From: Spirochaetota bacterium
Lineage (GTDB): Bacteria; Spirochaetota; UBA4802; UBA5550
DNA length: 64,000 nucleotides
Assembly: GCA_035400945.1 (NCBI GenBank)
Contig: DAONAJ010000010.1
Location: forward strand, 1,840-65,839
Direction of reading: 5' to 3'
Shown: positions 29,244-39,326 of the stretch, piece after piece
How positions within the stretch are numbered: position 1 is the first letter of the stretch
Layout: every line of letters begins with the position of its first letter
The notes under the pieces: model-generated
Database searches by the model: none
The model's input: the letters and a program-made list of their open reading frames with translations, nothing else
Told to the model about the DNA's origin: nothing
Made by a program: the position numbers and the translations under genes

Positions 29244-29344
29244 ATATATCTCCTGTAATTGATTATTTTTATTTCCCAGATTATGTAAGTGAACTCTTCT
29301 CTTTTATAAAGCATATTATAACATTATATCGTGAGAAATCCAGG

Positions 29345-30076
29345 TCAGGAATTTTTACAAACCTTGCAGCGGGGGTTGCGTTTAATGATTATGGCTTCAA
29401 ATTTCATGGCCAGCCCGTCCCAGAAAAGCAGCCTGTTCTTCAATGAAGGAGAAAATCCTGCGAGATACTTGATTGCTTCAACGGCCTGGAGCGAGCCAAT
29501 GACGCCGGGTGTCGCCCCGAGAACCTGCGGCTTCTTGTGGGGTGATTTCAGGTCCAGGAAACATGCCAGGCACGGTGTTTCGGGCGGATGCGTGAAGGTG
29601 ATCTGGCCCCTTAACTCGGCGACACCCGCATGCACCATGGGAATCCTGTTTTTCACTGAAACACGGTTGATGATGTGACGCGCCTCGAAATTATCCAGAC
29701 AATCGATGATTATATCCGGTTTGCCGATTATCGACTCAGCGTTTTTTCTGGTCAGCTTCTCCTTCACCGGTATGATGGTAATAAAGGGATTGAGTTCGGT
29801 CAGCGCTTCACGGGCCGAATCCACTTTCAGCTCGCCTATTCTTTTGAATTGATGGAGAATCTGCCTGTTTAAATTGGTTATTTCAATTTTATCATAATCG
29901 CAGATAACAAGATTGCCCACTCCTGCAGCAGCAAGATAAAACAGGACAGGGCTGCCAAGTCCGCCGGTACCGGCAACAAATGCCGTAGAATTTTTTAATC
30001 GTTCCTGGGCTGGTGCGCCCCACGAAGGAATGCCCATTTGACGCGTATAGAACAACAGTTCTTCTTTTGACAGCAT
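29345..30076 (-). CDS. ThiF/MoeB/HesA-family E1-like adenylyltransferase
   Basis: AGTGGLGS nucleotide-binding loop, NLNRQ, and CLAC...CKVC zinc motifs. The start is moved to MLSKEE because 30133-30160 is a tRNA terminator. Confidence 0.8.
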   Translation of the reverse strand: MLSKEELLFYTRQMGIPSWGAPAQERLKNSTAFVAGTGGLGSPVLFYLAAAGVGNLVICDYDKIEITNLNRQILHQFKRIGELKVDSAREALTELNPFITIIPVKEKLTRKNAESIIGKPDIIIDCLDNFEARHIINRVSVKNRIPMVHAGVAELRGQITFTHPPETPCLACFLDLKSPHKKPQVLGATPGVIGSLQAVEAIKYLAGFSPSLKNRLLFWDGLAMKFEAIIIKRNPRCKVCKNS

Positions 30077-30132
30077 TGATATATACCTGAACAGTTGACT
30101 ATTAAAGCAGGGGATCAATAAAAATAACAAGC

Positions 30133-30160
30133 AAAAAAACGCGGCGTTTTTGGCGCCGCG
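30133..30160 (-). terminator. Rho-independent terminator downstream of tRNA-Tyr
   Basis: Minus strand: CGCGGCG-ccaaaaa-CGCCGCG followed by T7. Confidence 0.75.
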
Positions 30161-30173
30161 TTTCATGCCGCTG

Positions 30174-30255
30174 TGGTGAGGGATGGATTCGAACCATCGA
30201 AGGCTACGCCGGCAGATTTACAGTCTGCTCCCTTTGGCCGCTCGGGAACCTCACC
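30174..30255 (-). tRNA. tRNA-Tyr (GTA), long variable arm
   Basis: Reverse complement GGTGAGGTTCCCGAGCGGCCAAAGGGAGCAGACTGTAAATCTGCC...GGTTCGAATCCATCCCTCACCA is near-identical in the D and anticodon arms to E. coli tRNA-Tyr. Confidence 0.9.
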
Positions 30256-30268
30256 AAATGTGCTGCTG

Positions 30269-30341
30269 AGCTGGCGAGAGGAATTGAACCCCCAACAAGT
30301 TGATTACAAATCAACTGCTCTACCGATTGAGCTACGCCAGC
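30269..30341 (-). tRNA. tRNA-Thr (TGT)
   Basis: Reverse complement GCTGGCGTAGCTCAATCGGTAGAGCAGTTGATTTGTAATCAAC...GGGGGTTCAATTCCTCTCGCCAGCT. Confidence 0.9.
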
Positions 30342-30728
30342 AGTACTGGAAATCCTTTATTTATTCCTGGAGGACAACTGTCAAATATTTTTTTATTTTA
30401 TTGAACATAAATGCTGATATCATCAAGATAGAGTGATGAGATGCGAGATTGTGAATAGTATGGGGATGGCGTTGAAGAGGACCACTGACCTCCATAATCA
30501 TCCAGTTAAACTTTTCATATTTGGCACTCAATGACCAAGGGGATTTGCAACATTTTGCTGCCTCGGTATACTAATTACATGACCTGCGGGAATAAGAAGG
30601 TGCCCATGTCCATGCATGGTCGAACCGTAAAATATACATGAATAATAATAAATGCTTGAAATCGGATACTTGCATGATGTGTCAATGTTATTGATAATAA
30701 TGACGAATAATTAACTAGATTTAATTTC

Positions 30729-30757
30729 TTGACAGTATTTAGTATAAATAATTAAAT
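30729..30757 (+). promoter_or_regulatory. Candidate sigma70-type promoter for the TolC/MacA/MacB operon
   Basis: TTGACA, 17 nt, TTAAAT, read directly. It lies about 125 nt upstream of the start. Confidence 0.3.
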
Positions 30758-30881
30758 GATATGATTTAACTACATTAATTTTAACACTGCATTATTCATT
30801 ATCGTTGTATGTGGTTCTGACAGATGGATTAAATAAGACACTATTTAATTGTTGTTGCAGAATCATGAAATAGGAAACTGG

Positions 30882-32324
30882 ATGAAACATAGAAGTTTGT
30901 TATTTTTTGCGTTGTTATTCGCAGTTCTGAACATCTATGCGGATGAAGCTGAGCCGAAAAAAGTATTAACCCTGAAAGAATGCATCAACATAGCTGTTGA
31001 GAATAACACATCGATAAAAGCCTCGGAAGAAGACAAGAAGAAAGCCAAGGCGGATTACTGGGTTGCAACTTCGCAACGGCTTTTCTCTATTGACATGAGC
31101 ATTAAAACTGACGCGTATACGAAAACAGGTTTACCTACAAAATATGTTGATGCGTATTCCTGGATACCTTATCTGCCTACTTCCGCAGAACAAGCTACTG
31201 CAAAGTATCTTCTTGATAAGGCACAGCCTCAACCAAGCCCTTTTATTAAAGCTCTGACAAGGGATTATGATATTGGTATCACCCTGGGAGTGACCGCTTC
31301 GATCAGTCTTTATAATGAAAAAAAGGCCAAAACTCAGGAAATGGCAAAAAAAAATCTGGACATGTACAAGCTTCAGAACAAAAAGACAATCAATGAGGCC
31401 ATATACAGCGTAAAAAGCGCCTATTGGTCATTCCTGCTTGCCGGTGAGACTGTCATACTGAAGGAAAAAATGCTTTCCAGCAATAAGGATAAACTCAGGA
31501 TGACGGAAATCCTGTATAAAAATGCGGGGAAATCACTGTTGGAATTAAGCAGGGCGCAGTACGATTTCCAGAATTCCCAGATGGAGCTGCAGAAGGCAAA
31601 GAACACCGAGCGGGCGGCCAGGGCCGAGCTGTTCAGGATAATGGGCGTTGATGATCCAGGAACAGATTTTACCCTCGAGAAATTCAACGAGCTACCTGAA
31701 ATATCCTACTCGATTGAGCAGATTCACAAGCTTGCGGAAGTCAATTCGGCAGATTTGAAGCTGGCGAAGATACAGACGCAGCTGGCCAAGGCGAAGATTG
31801 ACATTGAAAAAGCAAGTCATTATCCGGATGTGGATATGCAGGTTCTGGGAGGATATAGAAACAGAAGGATCGATTTTGCTTCGGCAAAGAATAATTTCAC
31901 TTCTGATGCATGGGATACAAACCTAGGGGTGAATTTTATGGCACGCATGAACCTCTTTTCCAGCGGCCTGATAACGGCCAAGGTCAAGTCCGCACAGGCT
32001 GACTACAACAAATCACTCTACAAGGAAACAGATGCCATAAATGCGACACGGACACTGATGAACAACCAGTACCAGACCCTCCAGGAACAGAAAAAAATGA
32101 TTGAGCTGTCAAAGAAACTGATGGATGACGCTGAAAAGAACTTGCTCATGGCAAAGAAATTATATGAAAACGGAACCGGGACACAGCTTGAGATCAATGA
32201 AGCAATCATGTCCTACCAAAATGCCGCACTGGGCTACCATAAAGCAAAAAATGACTACCTGATGGCATTGGCGAAAATATCAAGCATTGTCGGCCTGGGA
32301 GAGGATTCTTTATGCAAAAAATGA
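30882..32324 (+). CDS. TolC-family outer-membrane efflux protein
   Basis: Signal peptide, then LTLKECINIAVENNTSIKA and the two-repeat coiled architecture typical of OEP/TolC. Confidence 0.85.
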   Translation: MKHRSLLFFALLFAVLNIYADEAEPKKVLTLKECINIAVENNTSIKASEEDKKKAKADYWVATSQRLFSIDMSIKTDAYTKTGLPTKYVDAYSWIPYLPTSAEQATAKYLLDKAQPQPSPFIKALTRDYDIGITLGVTASISLYNEKKAKTQEMAKKNLDMYKLQNKKTINEAIYSVKSAYWSFLLAGETVILKEKMLSSNKDKLRMTEILYKNAGKSLLELSRAQYDFQNSQMELQKAKNTERAARAELFRIMGVDDPGTDFTLEKFNELPEISYSIEQIHKLAEVNSADLKLAKIQTQLAKAKIDIEKASHYPDVDMQVLGGYRNRRIDFASAKNNFTSDAWDTNLGVNFMARMNLFSSGLITAKVKSAQADYNKSLYKETDAINATRTLMNNQYQTLQEQKKMIELSKKLMDDAEKNLLMAKKLYENGTGTQLEINEAIMSYQNAALGYHKAKNDYLMALAKISSIVGLGEDSLCKK

Positions 32325-33418
32325 CGAAGAAGAACGTAATAGCTATCGGCGCGGGTGTCATTGCTATTATACTGGTTATAAGCATCATCAGAAGCTGCGG
32401 AAAAAATTCGGGAGATAAATTCGAATTCCAGGAAGTCTCGGTCGGCAAGGTGGAAAAGACGATTTCAGTGACCGGCGTGCTTGACGTCTCGGGGAAAAAA
32501 ACAATACTCAGCAAGACTAACGGCGTTATATCGAATGTTGCGGTTGATTTCAACCAGGAAGTAAGGAAAGGGCAGGTGCTTGCAGAAATTGATACTTCAG
32601 ACCTCAACCAGGTGTTGAAGAAAATGGGGGCACAGCTGGAAAGCGCCAAGCTGGAGCTCGCTATTGCCGAAGAGGACCTCGAATCGAAGAAAAGCATGCA
32701 CAGGGATAACTTGATATCCGACAAGGGATTGGAACGTGCCCAGTACAACTACAAGTCGGTTCTTCTTAAATACCGGCAGTTCATGGTTGACTATGAAAAC
32801 ACAAGAACACAAAAGGCCAATGCCAGAATTGTTTCGCCAATCGATGGCATTGTCCTCAATATAATGGCAGTCGAGGGCGCGCCGATAGTCATAAACACGC
32901 CGGTATTTGTTCTTGCGCCGAGTCTTAAAAAAATGAGCCTCACCATAAGCATTGATGAATCGGACATAGGTATCGTCAAGAAGAACCAGAACGTGACATT
33001 CTCCGTGAGCGCCTTTCCGGAAAAGATATTCCGGGGAAAAATCGACAGGGTGCGGATAAACCCGGTAGTCAAAGGCGGACTGGTGACCTATGACTCTATC
33101 GTGGCATGCGACAATGATGAACAGCTTTTGAAGCCGGGCATGACCGCCACGGCTACCATTGAAATAAACAAGCTTGACAGGGTAATACGGATACCAAACC
33201 AGGCATTGCTCGTGAACCCCCTGGAGGGACAGGAAGAGCTTGAAAAAAACACGGTGTGGCGCAAAAGTGATAAGTTAACCGGAAAAATCCCTGCGGAAAA
33301 GGTCAAAATTGATGTCGGCCTGCGCGGCGATACCTATACGGAAATTAAAAAGAACCTTAAAAAAGGCGACAAGATCCTCATCAAGTATATACGCGGCACG
33401 AAAGCAGCCGGCAAATAG
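32312..33418 (+). CDS. HlyD/MacA-family periplasmic adaptor
   Basis: N-terminal TM, GQVLAEIDTSDL lipoyl-like hairpin, coiled coil, and a beta-barrel domain (ARIVSPIDGIV). Confidence 0.85.
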   Translation: MQKMTKKNVIAIGAGVIAIILVISIIRSCGKNSGDKFEFQEVSVGKVEKTISVTGVLDVSGKKTILSKTNGVISNVAVDFNQEVRKGQVLAEIDTSDLNQVLKKMGAQLESAKLELAIAEEDLESKKSMHRDNLISDKGLERAQYNYKSVLLKYRQFMVDYENTRTQKANARIVSPIDGIVLNIMAVEGAPIVINTPVFVLAPSLKKMSLTISIDESDIGIVKKNQNVTFSVSAFPEKIFRGKIDRVRINPVVKGGLVTYDSIVACDNDEQLLKPGMTATATIEINKLDRVIRIPNQALLVNPLEGQEELEKNTVWRKSDKLTGKIPAEKVKIDVGLRGDTYTEIKKNLKKGDKILIKYIRGTKAAGK

Positions 33419-33419
33419 C

Positions 33420-34160
33420 ATGGAAGATAAAGTAATTGAAATTATCGGGATAGAGAAGACCTTTGTCCTGAGCGAAGAAGTACAGGTGAGGGCGCTGAAG
33501 GGAGTTTCTTTCTCTGTCAGGCGCGGCGAGTATATAGCGATCATGGGGGCTTCGGGTTCCGGGAAATCGACCCTGATGAACATCCTGGGGTTCCTGGATA
33601 CGCCGACCGGCGGGAAATACATACTGGACGGCATTGACGGCAGCAGGCTTGATAACGATGAAAAGGCCGAAATAAGAAATACAAAGATCGGGTTTGTTTT
33701 CCAGGGTTTCAACCTCCTGGCTCGCACAAGCGCCCTCGAAAATGTCGAATTGCCGCTGTTCTACAAGGGCGGGATCACCCCCAAGGACCTATCAGTCAAG
33801 GCAAAACATCTTCTCGCCCGTGTAGGGCTTTCCGGCAGGGAAGACCACTATCCAAATAAGCTGTCAGGGGGAGAGCAGCAGAGGGTGGCTATTGCCAGGG
33901 CCCTTATCAATGACCCGGCGATAATTCTGGCGGATGAACCCACCGGCAACCTCGATTCGCATAATACTAAAGAGATCATGGAGCTTTTTACCAGACTTAA
34001 TAAAGAACTCGGCATAACCATCATCATGGTCACCCATGAAGCGGATGTTGCCGCCTATACCGACCGAAAAGTGGTCTTCAGGGACGGCATGATCATTGAA
34101 GATGCACCCATCAAAAAATCAAAAGCAAAAACCGTTGCGTCAAAACACAAAATATCCTGA
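33420..34160 (+). CDS. MacB/LolD-type ABC transporter ATP-binding protein (ATPase only)
   Basis: GASGSGKST, LSGGEQQRVAIARAL and ILADEPTGNLD motifs. It is 246 aa with no fused or adjacent FtsX-type permease. Confidence 0.9.
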   Translation: MEDKVIEIIGIEKTFVLSEEVQVRALKGVSFSVRRGEYIAIMGASGSGKSTLMNILGFLDTPTGGKYILDGIDGSRLDNDEKAEIRNTKIGFVFQGFNLLARTSALENVELPLFYKGGITPKDLSVKAKHLLARVGLSGREDHYPNKLSGGEQQRVAIARALINDPAIILADEPTGNLDSHNTKEIMELFTRLNKELGITIIMVTHEADVAAYTDRKVVFRDGMIIEDAPIKKSKAKTVASKHKIS

Positions 34161-34461
34161 TTCGTTCCCATCCCGGCCGTTTTACATGAGCAATGTTAGG
34201 TGACATAACCGATGAATCCTGCCCAATAAATGCTTTCGGAACAATCAAAGTTGAATATATAAAAAAAATTTTAAAAAAAATTATTTTTTTTATATAAAAT
34301 TAAAAAAAGCCCGCAATAAATAAAGACATAATCTTGTATGACCGATAATTAATTTGTAATTATACAGAATACGAATACATTAATTAATATAACATACCTG
34401 GTGAATTTTTTTCATAGAAAGAGAGTAGGAGTGGAAAAAATAACCACTCAGGAGATCAGAC

Positions 34462-35355
34462 GTGAAAGAAGTTCAAGCAATCAATCGGTTCAAAAGGTTT
34501 CTTCAAGTTGAGAAGGGGCTGTCGGAAAATTCAATTTATTCTTATACGTATGATTTAAAAAAATTCAGTGATTTTCTGTCATCCAACAACAAGGATATCC
34601 TCTCGGCAACACAGGAGGACGTCCAGCAATTCCTGAATTTTGAAAAAACAAAAAAGAAAAATTCGACACGCACCCTGGCAAGATCTCTTGCCGCAATCCG
34701 GCAGTTCTATAACTTCATCTCCGACAAGTTCGATGAAATCGACAACCCGACGACAAAGATTGAGTCGCCCCATGTCGAGAAGACCCTGCCTGATTTCCTG
34801 AATATTCAGGAAGTAAACACTCTTTTCAGCTCGATTTCCGAAAACGACGTGTATGAACTGCGAGACAAGACGATCTTCGAGCTTTTATATTCATGCGGTC
34901 TCCGTATAAGCGAGGCAATAGAAATCCTCCACAACCAGGTTGATTTCGAAAATTCTCTCATACGCGTCATCGGGAAGGGGAACAAGGAGCGCCTGGCGCC
35001 CATAGGTGATGAGGCCAAGCGTCTATTGAAGAAGTACCTCCAGGAATCCAGGCCCGATATCTGCGGGAAGAGGGAAAGCGAATACCTGTTCATCAGCAAG
35101 AAGGGCTCAAAGCTCAACAGGAAGAGCGTATGGCGGCTGCTGAAGAACTATGTTGCACGGACCAGGATAAAGAAGAACATTACGCCCCATACACTCCGTC
35201 ACTCCTTCGCCACACATCTCATCGAGAACGGCGCTGACCTCAGGTCAGTTCAGGAACTTCTGGGACATATGGACATATCCACTACGCAGGTATACACTCA
35301 CCTCGCGAAGAGAAAATTACAGGATATACACAAGAAGCATCATCCCAAAGGCTGA
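34462..35355 (+). CDS. xerD: XerC/XerD-family tyrosine recombinase
   Basis: LLYSCGLRISE, HTLRHSFATHL and LGHMDISTTQVYTHL catalytic motifs. GTG start. Confidence 0.85.
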   Translation: MKEVQAINRFKRFLQVEKGLSENSIYSYTYDLKKFSDFLSSNNKDILSATQEDVQQFLNFEKTKKKNSTRTLARSLAAIRQFYNFISDKFDEIDNPTTKIESPHVEKTLPDFLNIQEVNTLFSSISENDVYELRDKTIFELLYSCGLRISEAIEILHNQVDFENSLIRVIGKGNKERLAPIGDEAKRLLKKYLQESRPDICGKRESEYLFISKKGSKLNRKSVWRLLKNYVARTRIKKNITPHTLRHSFATHLIENGADLRSVQELLGHMDISTTQVYTHLAKRKLQDIHKKHHPKG

Positions 35356-35362
35356 TAACCTG

Positions 35363-36541
35363 ATGCTTTTAAAACCGAGCGCAACATGCACCGGGCTGGT
35401 CATGATAATTGTTTTCATGATCAGCTCGTGCGGTCCTTTCCTGGTCCGGGATTATCGCGGCGACGCTGACAATTATCCCGTCAGGATACTGATTGTAAAG
35501 GCAGCAGGATCAGTGACAATATCCTCTAAGAGCGCCATGAAAATTTCCCGAAACAGCATGGCTATTAATGCTCCGATTGGATCCGTTATCTCCGGTACGT
35601 ATACTCCCTGGATGATCACCTGCACGTTGAAAATAGAACCGGGCAATGACCCTATACTTGTCAACGGACAGCCGTACCGCGGATCAATGATACTGCGGCG
35701 CCAGAACGAATCGCTGCAGGTCATAAATCTGACGGTCATAGACGAATACCTGTTGAGTGTTGTGCCTGGCGAAATCCCCGCCAGCTGGGATCGGGAATCG
35801 CTCAAGGCCCAGGCAGTCGCAGCCCGGACATTTACTTACTACCACCTAAAATCCGGAAATGACCGCGATGAAGCCTATGACCTGGATGCAACCGCTGCGA
35901 CACAGGTGTACCGCGGTATGAATGATGAGAAACCCCAGACCACGGAGGCGGTACGGGCAACAGCCGGTCAGATCATGGTCTATGATGGCAAGCCGATCCT
36001 GTCGTATTTTCATTCCACCTGCGGAGGGAAGACCGTCGATGCTAGATATGTATGGGAAAAAAGCCGGCTGCCGTACCTCCAGGGGGTCACGTGCGGCTTC
36101 TGCAAAGATTCCACGAAGTACAACTGGGAAGCGACGCTTAATATTGCCGAGATTCGTTCTGGCCTGATGAAAAAATACCCCGCCATCGGATCTATCAGCG
36201 CTGTTTCCTTCAGGAAAAAGGATGACCGGGTGGTGGAGGTGGCGATTGCCCATTCACGCGGCGTTATCCGAATGAACGGGAATGATTTCCGGCTTCTCTT
36301 TCCGGCAGAAAAAATCCGGAGCCTCTATTTTGTTTCAAAGAAAGAGAAAGACAGGCTGGTCCTGAAGGGACACGGCTGGGGCCATGGTGTCGGGCTGTGC
36401 CAGTGGGGCGCCCGCGGCATGGCGATGCGCGGATATGATTACAAGGATATACTCCGCCATTATTACACCGGCGTGAGCATAAAGAGCGTCAGGACCTCCT
36501 ACATCGCCTCTAAGCAAAGAAATCTGTCAAGCTACCAGTAG
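35363..36541 (+). CDS. SpoIID/LytB-domain protein
   Basis: LKAQAVAARTFTYYH...YFHSTCGGKT...GHGVGLCQWGA. Confidence 0.85.
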   Translation: MLLKPSATCTGLVMIIVFMISSCGPFLVRDYRGDADNYPVRILIVKAAGSVTISSKSAMKISRNSMAINAPIGSVISGTYTPWMITCTLKIEPGNDPILVNGQPYRGSMILRRQNESLQVINLTVIDEYLLSVVPGEIPASWDRESLKAQAVAARTFTYYHLKSGNDRDEAYDLDATAATQVYRGMNDEKPQTTEAVRATAGQIMVYDGKPILSYFHSTCGGKTVDARYVWEKSRLPYLQGVTCGFCKDSTKYNWEATLNIAEIRSGLMKKYPAIGSISAVSFRKKDDRVVEVAIAHSRGVIRMNGNDFRLLFPAEKIRSLYFVSKKEKDRLVLKGHGWGHGVGLCQWGARGMAMRGYDYKDILRHYYTGVSIKSVRTSYIASKQRNLSSYQ

Positions 36542-36544
36542 ACC

Positions 36545-37582
36545 ATGCCTTCTGATCATTTCACTTTGGATGATTTTGATTTTGAGCTGCCGGCTGAATT
36601 GATTGCCCAGTATCCGGCTGAAAAGCGTGATGAATCGCGCCTGTTTGTCCTTGACAGAAAGAGCGGCACATATCTTCACAGCGGATTTTCATCGCTCACG
36701 ACTTTTTTAAAGAAGGGCGATCTGCTGGTTTACAATGACGCAAAAGTCATAAATGCCCGAATACCCTGCAGGAGAACAAGCGGCGGCGCGATCGAGCTGC
36801 TTTTGACCGGAAGGATCAACGAACGGAGATGGACTGCCATAACAAACAGGACGAGCCGCATTGCCTCCGGTGACGTCATTTATGCCGTTGAGAATTCGGC
36901 GATAGCCTTCAGGATCATCGATAAAACGGAACAGGTTATTGAAATTGAAGCAAATACCGAACTTGATGACGATTTGCTGGCAACTATCGGGCAGCTCGCA
37001 TTGCCTCCGTATATCAAGCGTGAGATGACTCAGGAGGACAGGACGAGATACCAGACTGTTTTTGCCAGGGAGAGCGGAGCCGTGGCTGCTCCAACGGCCG
37101 GGCTTCATTTCACCCCGGAGCTGGTGGAAGCTGTTACGTCAATGGGGGCCCGTATGGTTCCACTGACGCTGTTTGTTTCCTGGGGGACTTTCCAGCCGGT
37201 CAGGGACAGGAATATAGCCTCCCATCATATGCATAGCGAGAGATTTATCCTCGAAAGCGATAGTGCTGAAAAAATAAATAACGCACGAAAAAAAGGTGAC
37301 CGCATCATTGCCGTGGGGACAACATCAGTAAGGGTGCTTGAATCTACTTTCCGGGACGGAATGAATATTCCCGGCGAAGGTGAAACCGATATCTTCATAT
37401 ATCCACCGCGGAAGGTGACGGCAATTGATTCTTTGATCACTAATTTTCACACGCCCAGGTCAACTCTTCTCATGCTCGTGGCCGCCTTTGCCGGATATGA
37501 CGTCATTATGGAGGCGTACCGGGAAGCTATCAGGCAGAAGTACCGGTTTTTCTCTTATGGGGATTCGATGCTTATACTGTGA
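36545..37582 (+). CDS. queA: S-adenosylmethionine:tRNA ribosyltransferase-isomerase
   Basis: FDFELPAELIAQYP, AAPTAGLHFT, VGTTSVR and FFSYGDSMLI. Confidence 0.95.
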   Translation: MPSDHFTLDDFDFELPAELIAQYPAEKRDESRLFVLDRKSGTYLHSGFSSLTTFLKKGDLLVYNDAKVINARIPCRRTSGGAIELLLTGRINERRWTAITNRTSRIASGDVIYAVENSAIAFRIIDKTEQVIEIEANTELDDDLLATIGQLALPPYIKREMTQEDRTRYQTVFARESGAVAAPTAGLHFTPELVEAVTSMGARMVPLTLFVSWGTFQPVRDRNIASHHMHSERFILESDSAEKINNARKKGDRIIAVGTTSVRVLESTFRDGMNIPGEGETDIFIYPPRKVTAIDSLITNFHTPRSTLLMLVAAFAGYDVIMEAYREAIRQKYRFFSYGDSMLIL

Positions 37583-37729
37583 CGGAACCGCTTTTTTATT
37601 GACATATCTCCGGGGATAATTCTTTATTCAATTGATGCAAATGCTTTTTCCGGCTTCTGTGCAGGGCACTTTTTTACGTACCAAAGAAAATTTTTTAATA
37701 AATTTTCATCTCAAATCGTTTACCGGAAT

Positions 37730-38551
37730 ATGAAGATCGACACAATCATAACGGCCCTTGACGGATGCCTGTATCCATCGATCCAGGAAGCGTATGACAA
37801 TTCAGGCGCCCAGATCATATTTCGCGGCACCGATGTCACTTCGATTCTTGTTTCCCTTGACCTGGATTCAGCGGTCCTGGAAGAGGCATTGAAAAAGAAA
37901 TGCTCACTCCTCATCACCCATCACCCGCTCTTTTTTAATAAGATAAGCAATATTGACACCTTCGAAACCGGATCATCACTGCTGGTGAAGCTGATAGACA
38001 ACAGGATAAACGTATACTCCGCCCATACCAACCTTGATAAGCTTTTCTATGATAAACTTGCAAAGGTCATGGGATTCGGTCCTGTAAGTCTAATCTATCC
38101 CCATGAACATCCTTTCAAAGGCATTATCGCGGGGTTGGGAGCCCTTGCCACCCTGGAAAAGGATATTGAATTGCGTGAAATACTCGGTATCGTAAAAAAG
38201 TCACTGGGTCTTGAATTCGTTATGTACAGCGGCGACCCGGGGAAAATCATTTCCCGGATAGCCATGGTAAACGGGGCAGGGGGGAGGTCCATTGAAAAGA
38301 TCATCCGTGATACAGGAGCTGACTGCATAATCACCGGCGATGTGGGATACCATCATGCCAAATACGCCTCTGCTTGCGGAACAGCTGTTATTGATGCCGG
38401 ACATTTCGGCACTGAGGTAATAATGCTCGGTTTTTTACGTGATCGCGTAATCGACTGCTTGACAAACGGGGAGTCTGCTGCAGATATACCCATATACATT
38501 TCCGAATCAGAACAGAATCCATTCAAGCTTTACGGCACGGCCAATGAATAG
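37730..38551 (+). CDS. Nif3-family dinuclear metal centre protein
   Basis: LLITHHPLFF and ITGDVGYHHA motifs. Confidence 0.85.
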   Translation: MKIDTIITALDGCLYPSIQEAYDNSGAQIIFRGTDVTSILVSLDLDSAVLEEALKKKCSLLITHHPLFFNKISNIDTFETGSSLLVKLIDNRINVYSAHTNLDKLFYDKLAKVMGFGPVSLIYPHEHPFKGIIAGLGALATLEKDIELREILGIVKKSLGLEFVMYSGDPGKIISRIAMVNGAGGRSIEKIIRDTGADCIITGDVGYHHAKYASACGTAVIDAGHFGTEVIMLGFLRDRVIDCLTNGESAADIPIYISESEQNPFKLYGTANE

Positions 38552-39242
38552 TAATATTAAAATAATGGTGGAACTTCAGCAGTACTGGGACAAGGTACTG
38601 CATTCCAGGACCGTCATTGATAAAATACAGGCATCGTTGAAGGCCTTTGAAAAGGACCTCGCCGCTGCCAGGTCAAGCTTCGATTCTCTTTCGAAAAAGA
38701 CAAAGGAGCTTAAGAATGCGATAAAGCTGGATGAATTGGCTCTTTCCGAGATGAGCGCCAGAATCAAGAAGCTTGAGGACAGGAAGAAAATAATCCAGAC
38801 CGAAAAGGAGCTTCAAGCGCTTGAAAAAGAAATCGATGTTATCAAATTCGAAACTGGCAATCTCGAGGAAAAGACCCTTGCCATGATCGATGATCTGGAA
38901 CTGAAGGAAAAAGAATTATCGCGCCTCCAGGCCGAGATTGATGAAAAAGCTGATAATTTTGAAAAAGAAAAGGCGAAGACCTCATCGGATATAGCGACGC
39001 ACGAGGGTATTATTAAGGAAAACAATGACAGGTTCGATGCCCTGACCGACCAGTTGTCAACGTTATATAAGGCGAAATTTTTAAAGATGATTAACGCCCG
39101 TGAGGGGAAGGGCATTGCCCGGGTGGAAGGGGAAATCTGCGGATTCTGCAATTTCAAAATCCCCTCGTTTCTGGCAATCGATGCATCAAAGGATGATAAG
39201 GTCGTTAATTGCACCAATTGCGGCAAATATATATACAAGTAG
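38544..39242 (+). CDS. DUF164 / C4 zinc-ribbon coiled-coil protein
   Basis: Long coiled coil, then CGFCNFKIP...CTNCGKYIY. Confidence 0.8.
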   Translation: MNSNIKIMVELQQYWDKVLHSRTVIDKIQASLKAFEKDLAAARSSFDSLSKKTKELKNAIKLDELALSEMSARIKKLEDRKKIIQTEKELQALEKEIDVIKFETGNLEEKTLAMIDDLELKEKELSRLQAEIDEKADNFEKEKAKTSSDIATHEGIIKENNDRFDALTDQLSTLYKAKFLKMINAREGKGIARVEGEICGFCNFKIPSFLAIDASKDDKVVNCTNCGKYIYK

Positions 39243-39326
39243 TCTGGCGAGGTCGGCGTAACGTCATCCGTGGGCCTGAGAAGATCAGCGGTTATACGGT
39301 TGATATATTCTATTAAGGATGGGTAT

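Noticed and set aside
30077-30166. An N-terminal extension of 30 aa on the ThiF/MoeB ORF that looks like a signal peptide (MKRGAKNAAFFCLLFLL...).
   Set aside because: This stretch is the reverse reading of the tRNA-Tyr terminator hairpin and T-run (30133-30160). The conserved ThiF N-terminus starts at the internal Met (30076).
34322-34349. A possible dif site next to xerD (reverse complement attatcggtCATAcaagaTTATGTcttt).
   Set aside because: The spacing between the CATA and TTATGT half-sites is 2 nt shorter than in known 28-bp dif sites, and the XerC arm is not matched. Housekeeping xerD is not expected to be adjacent to dif.
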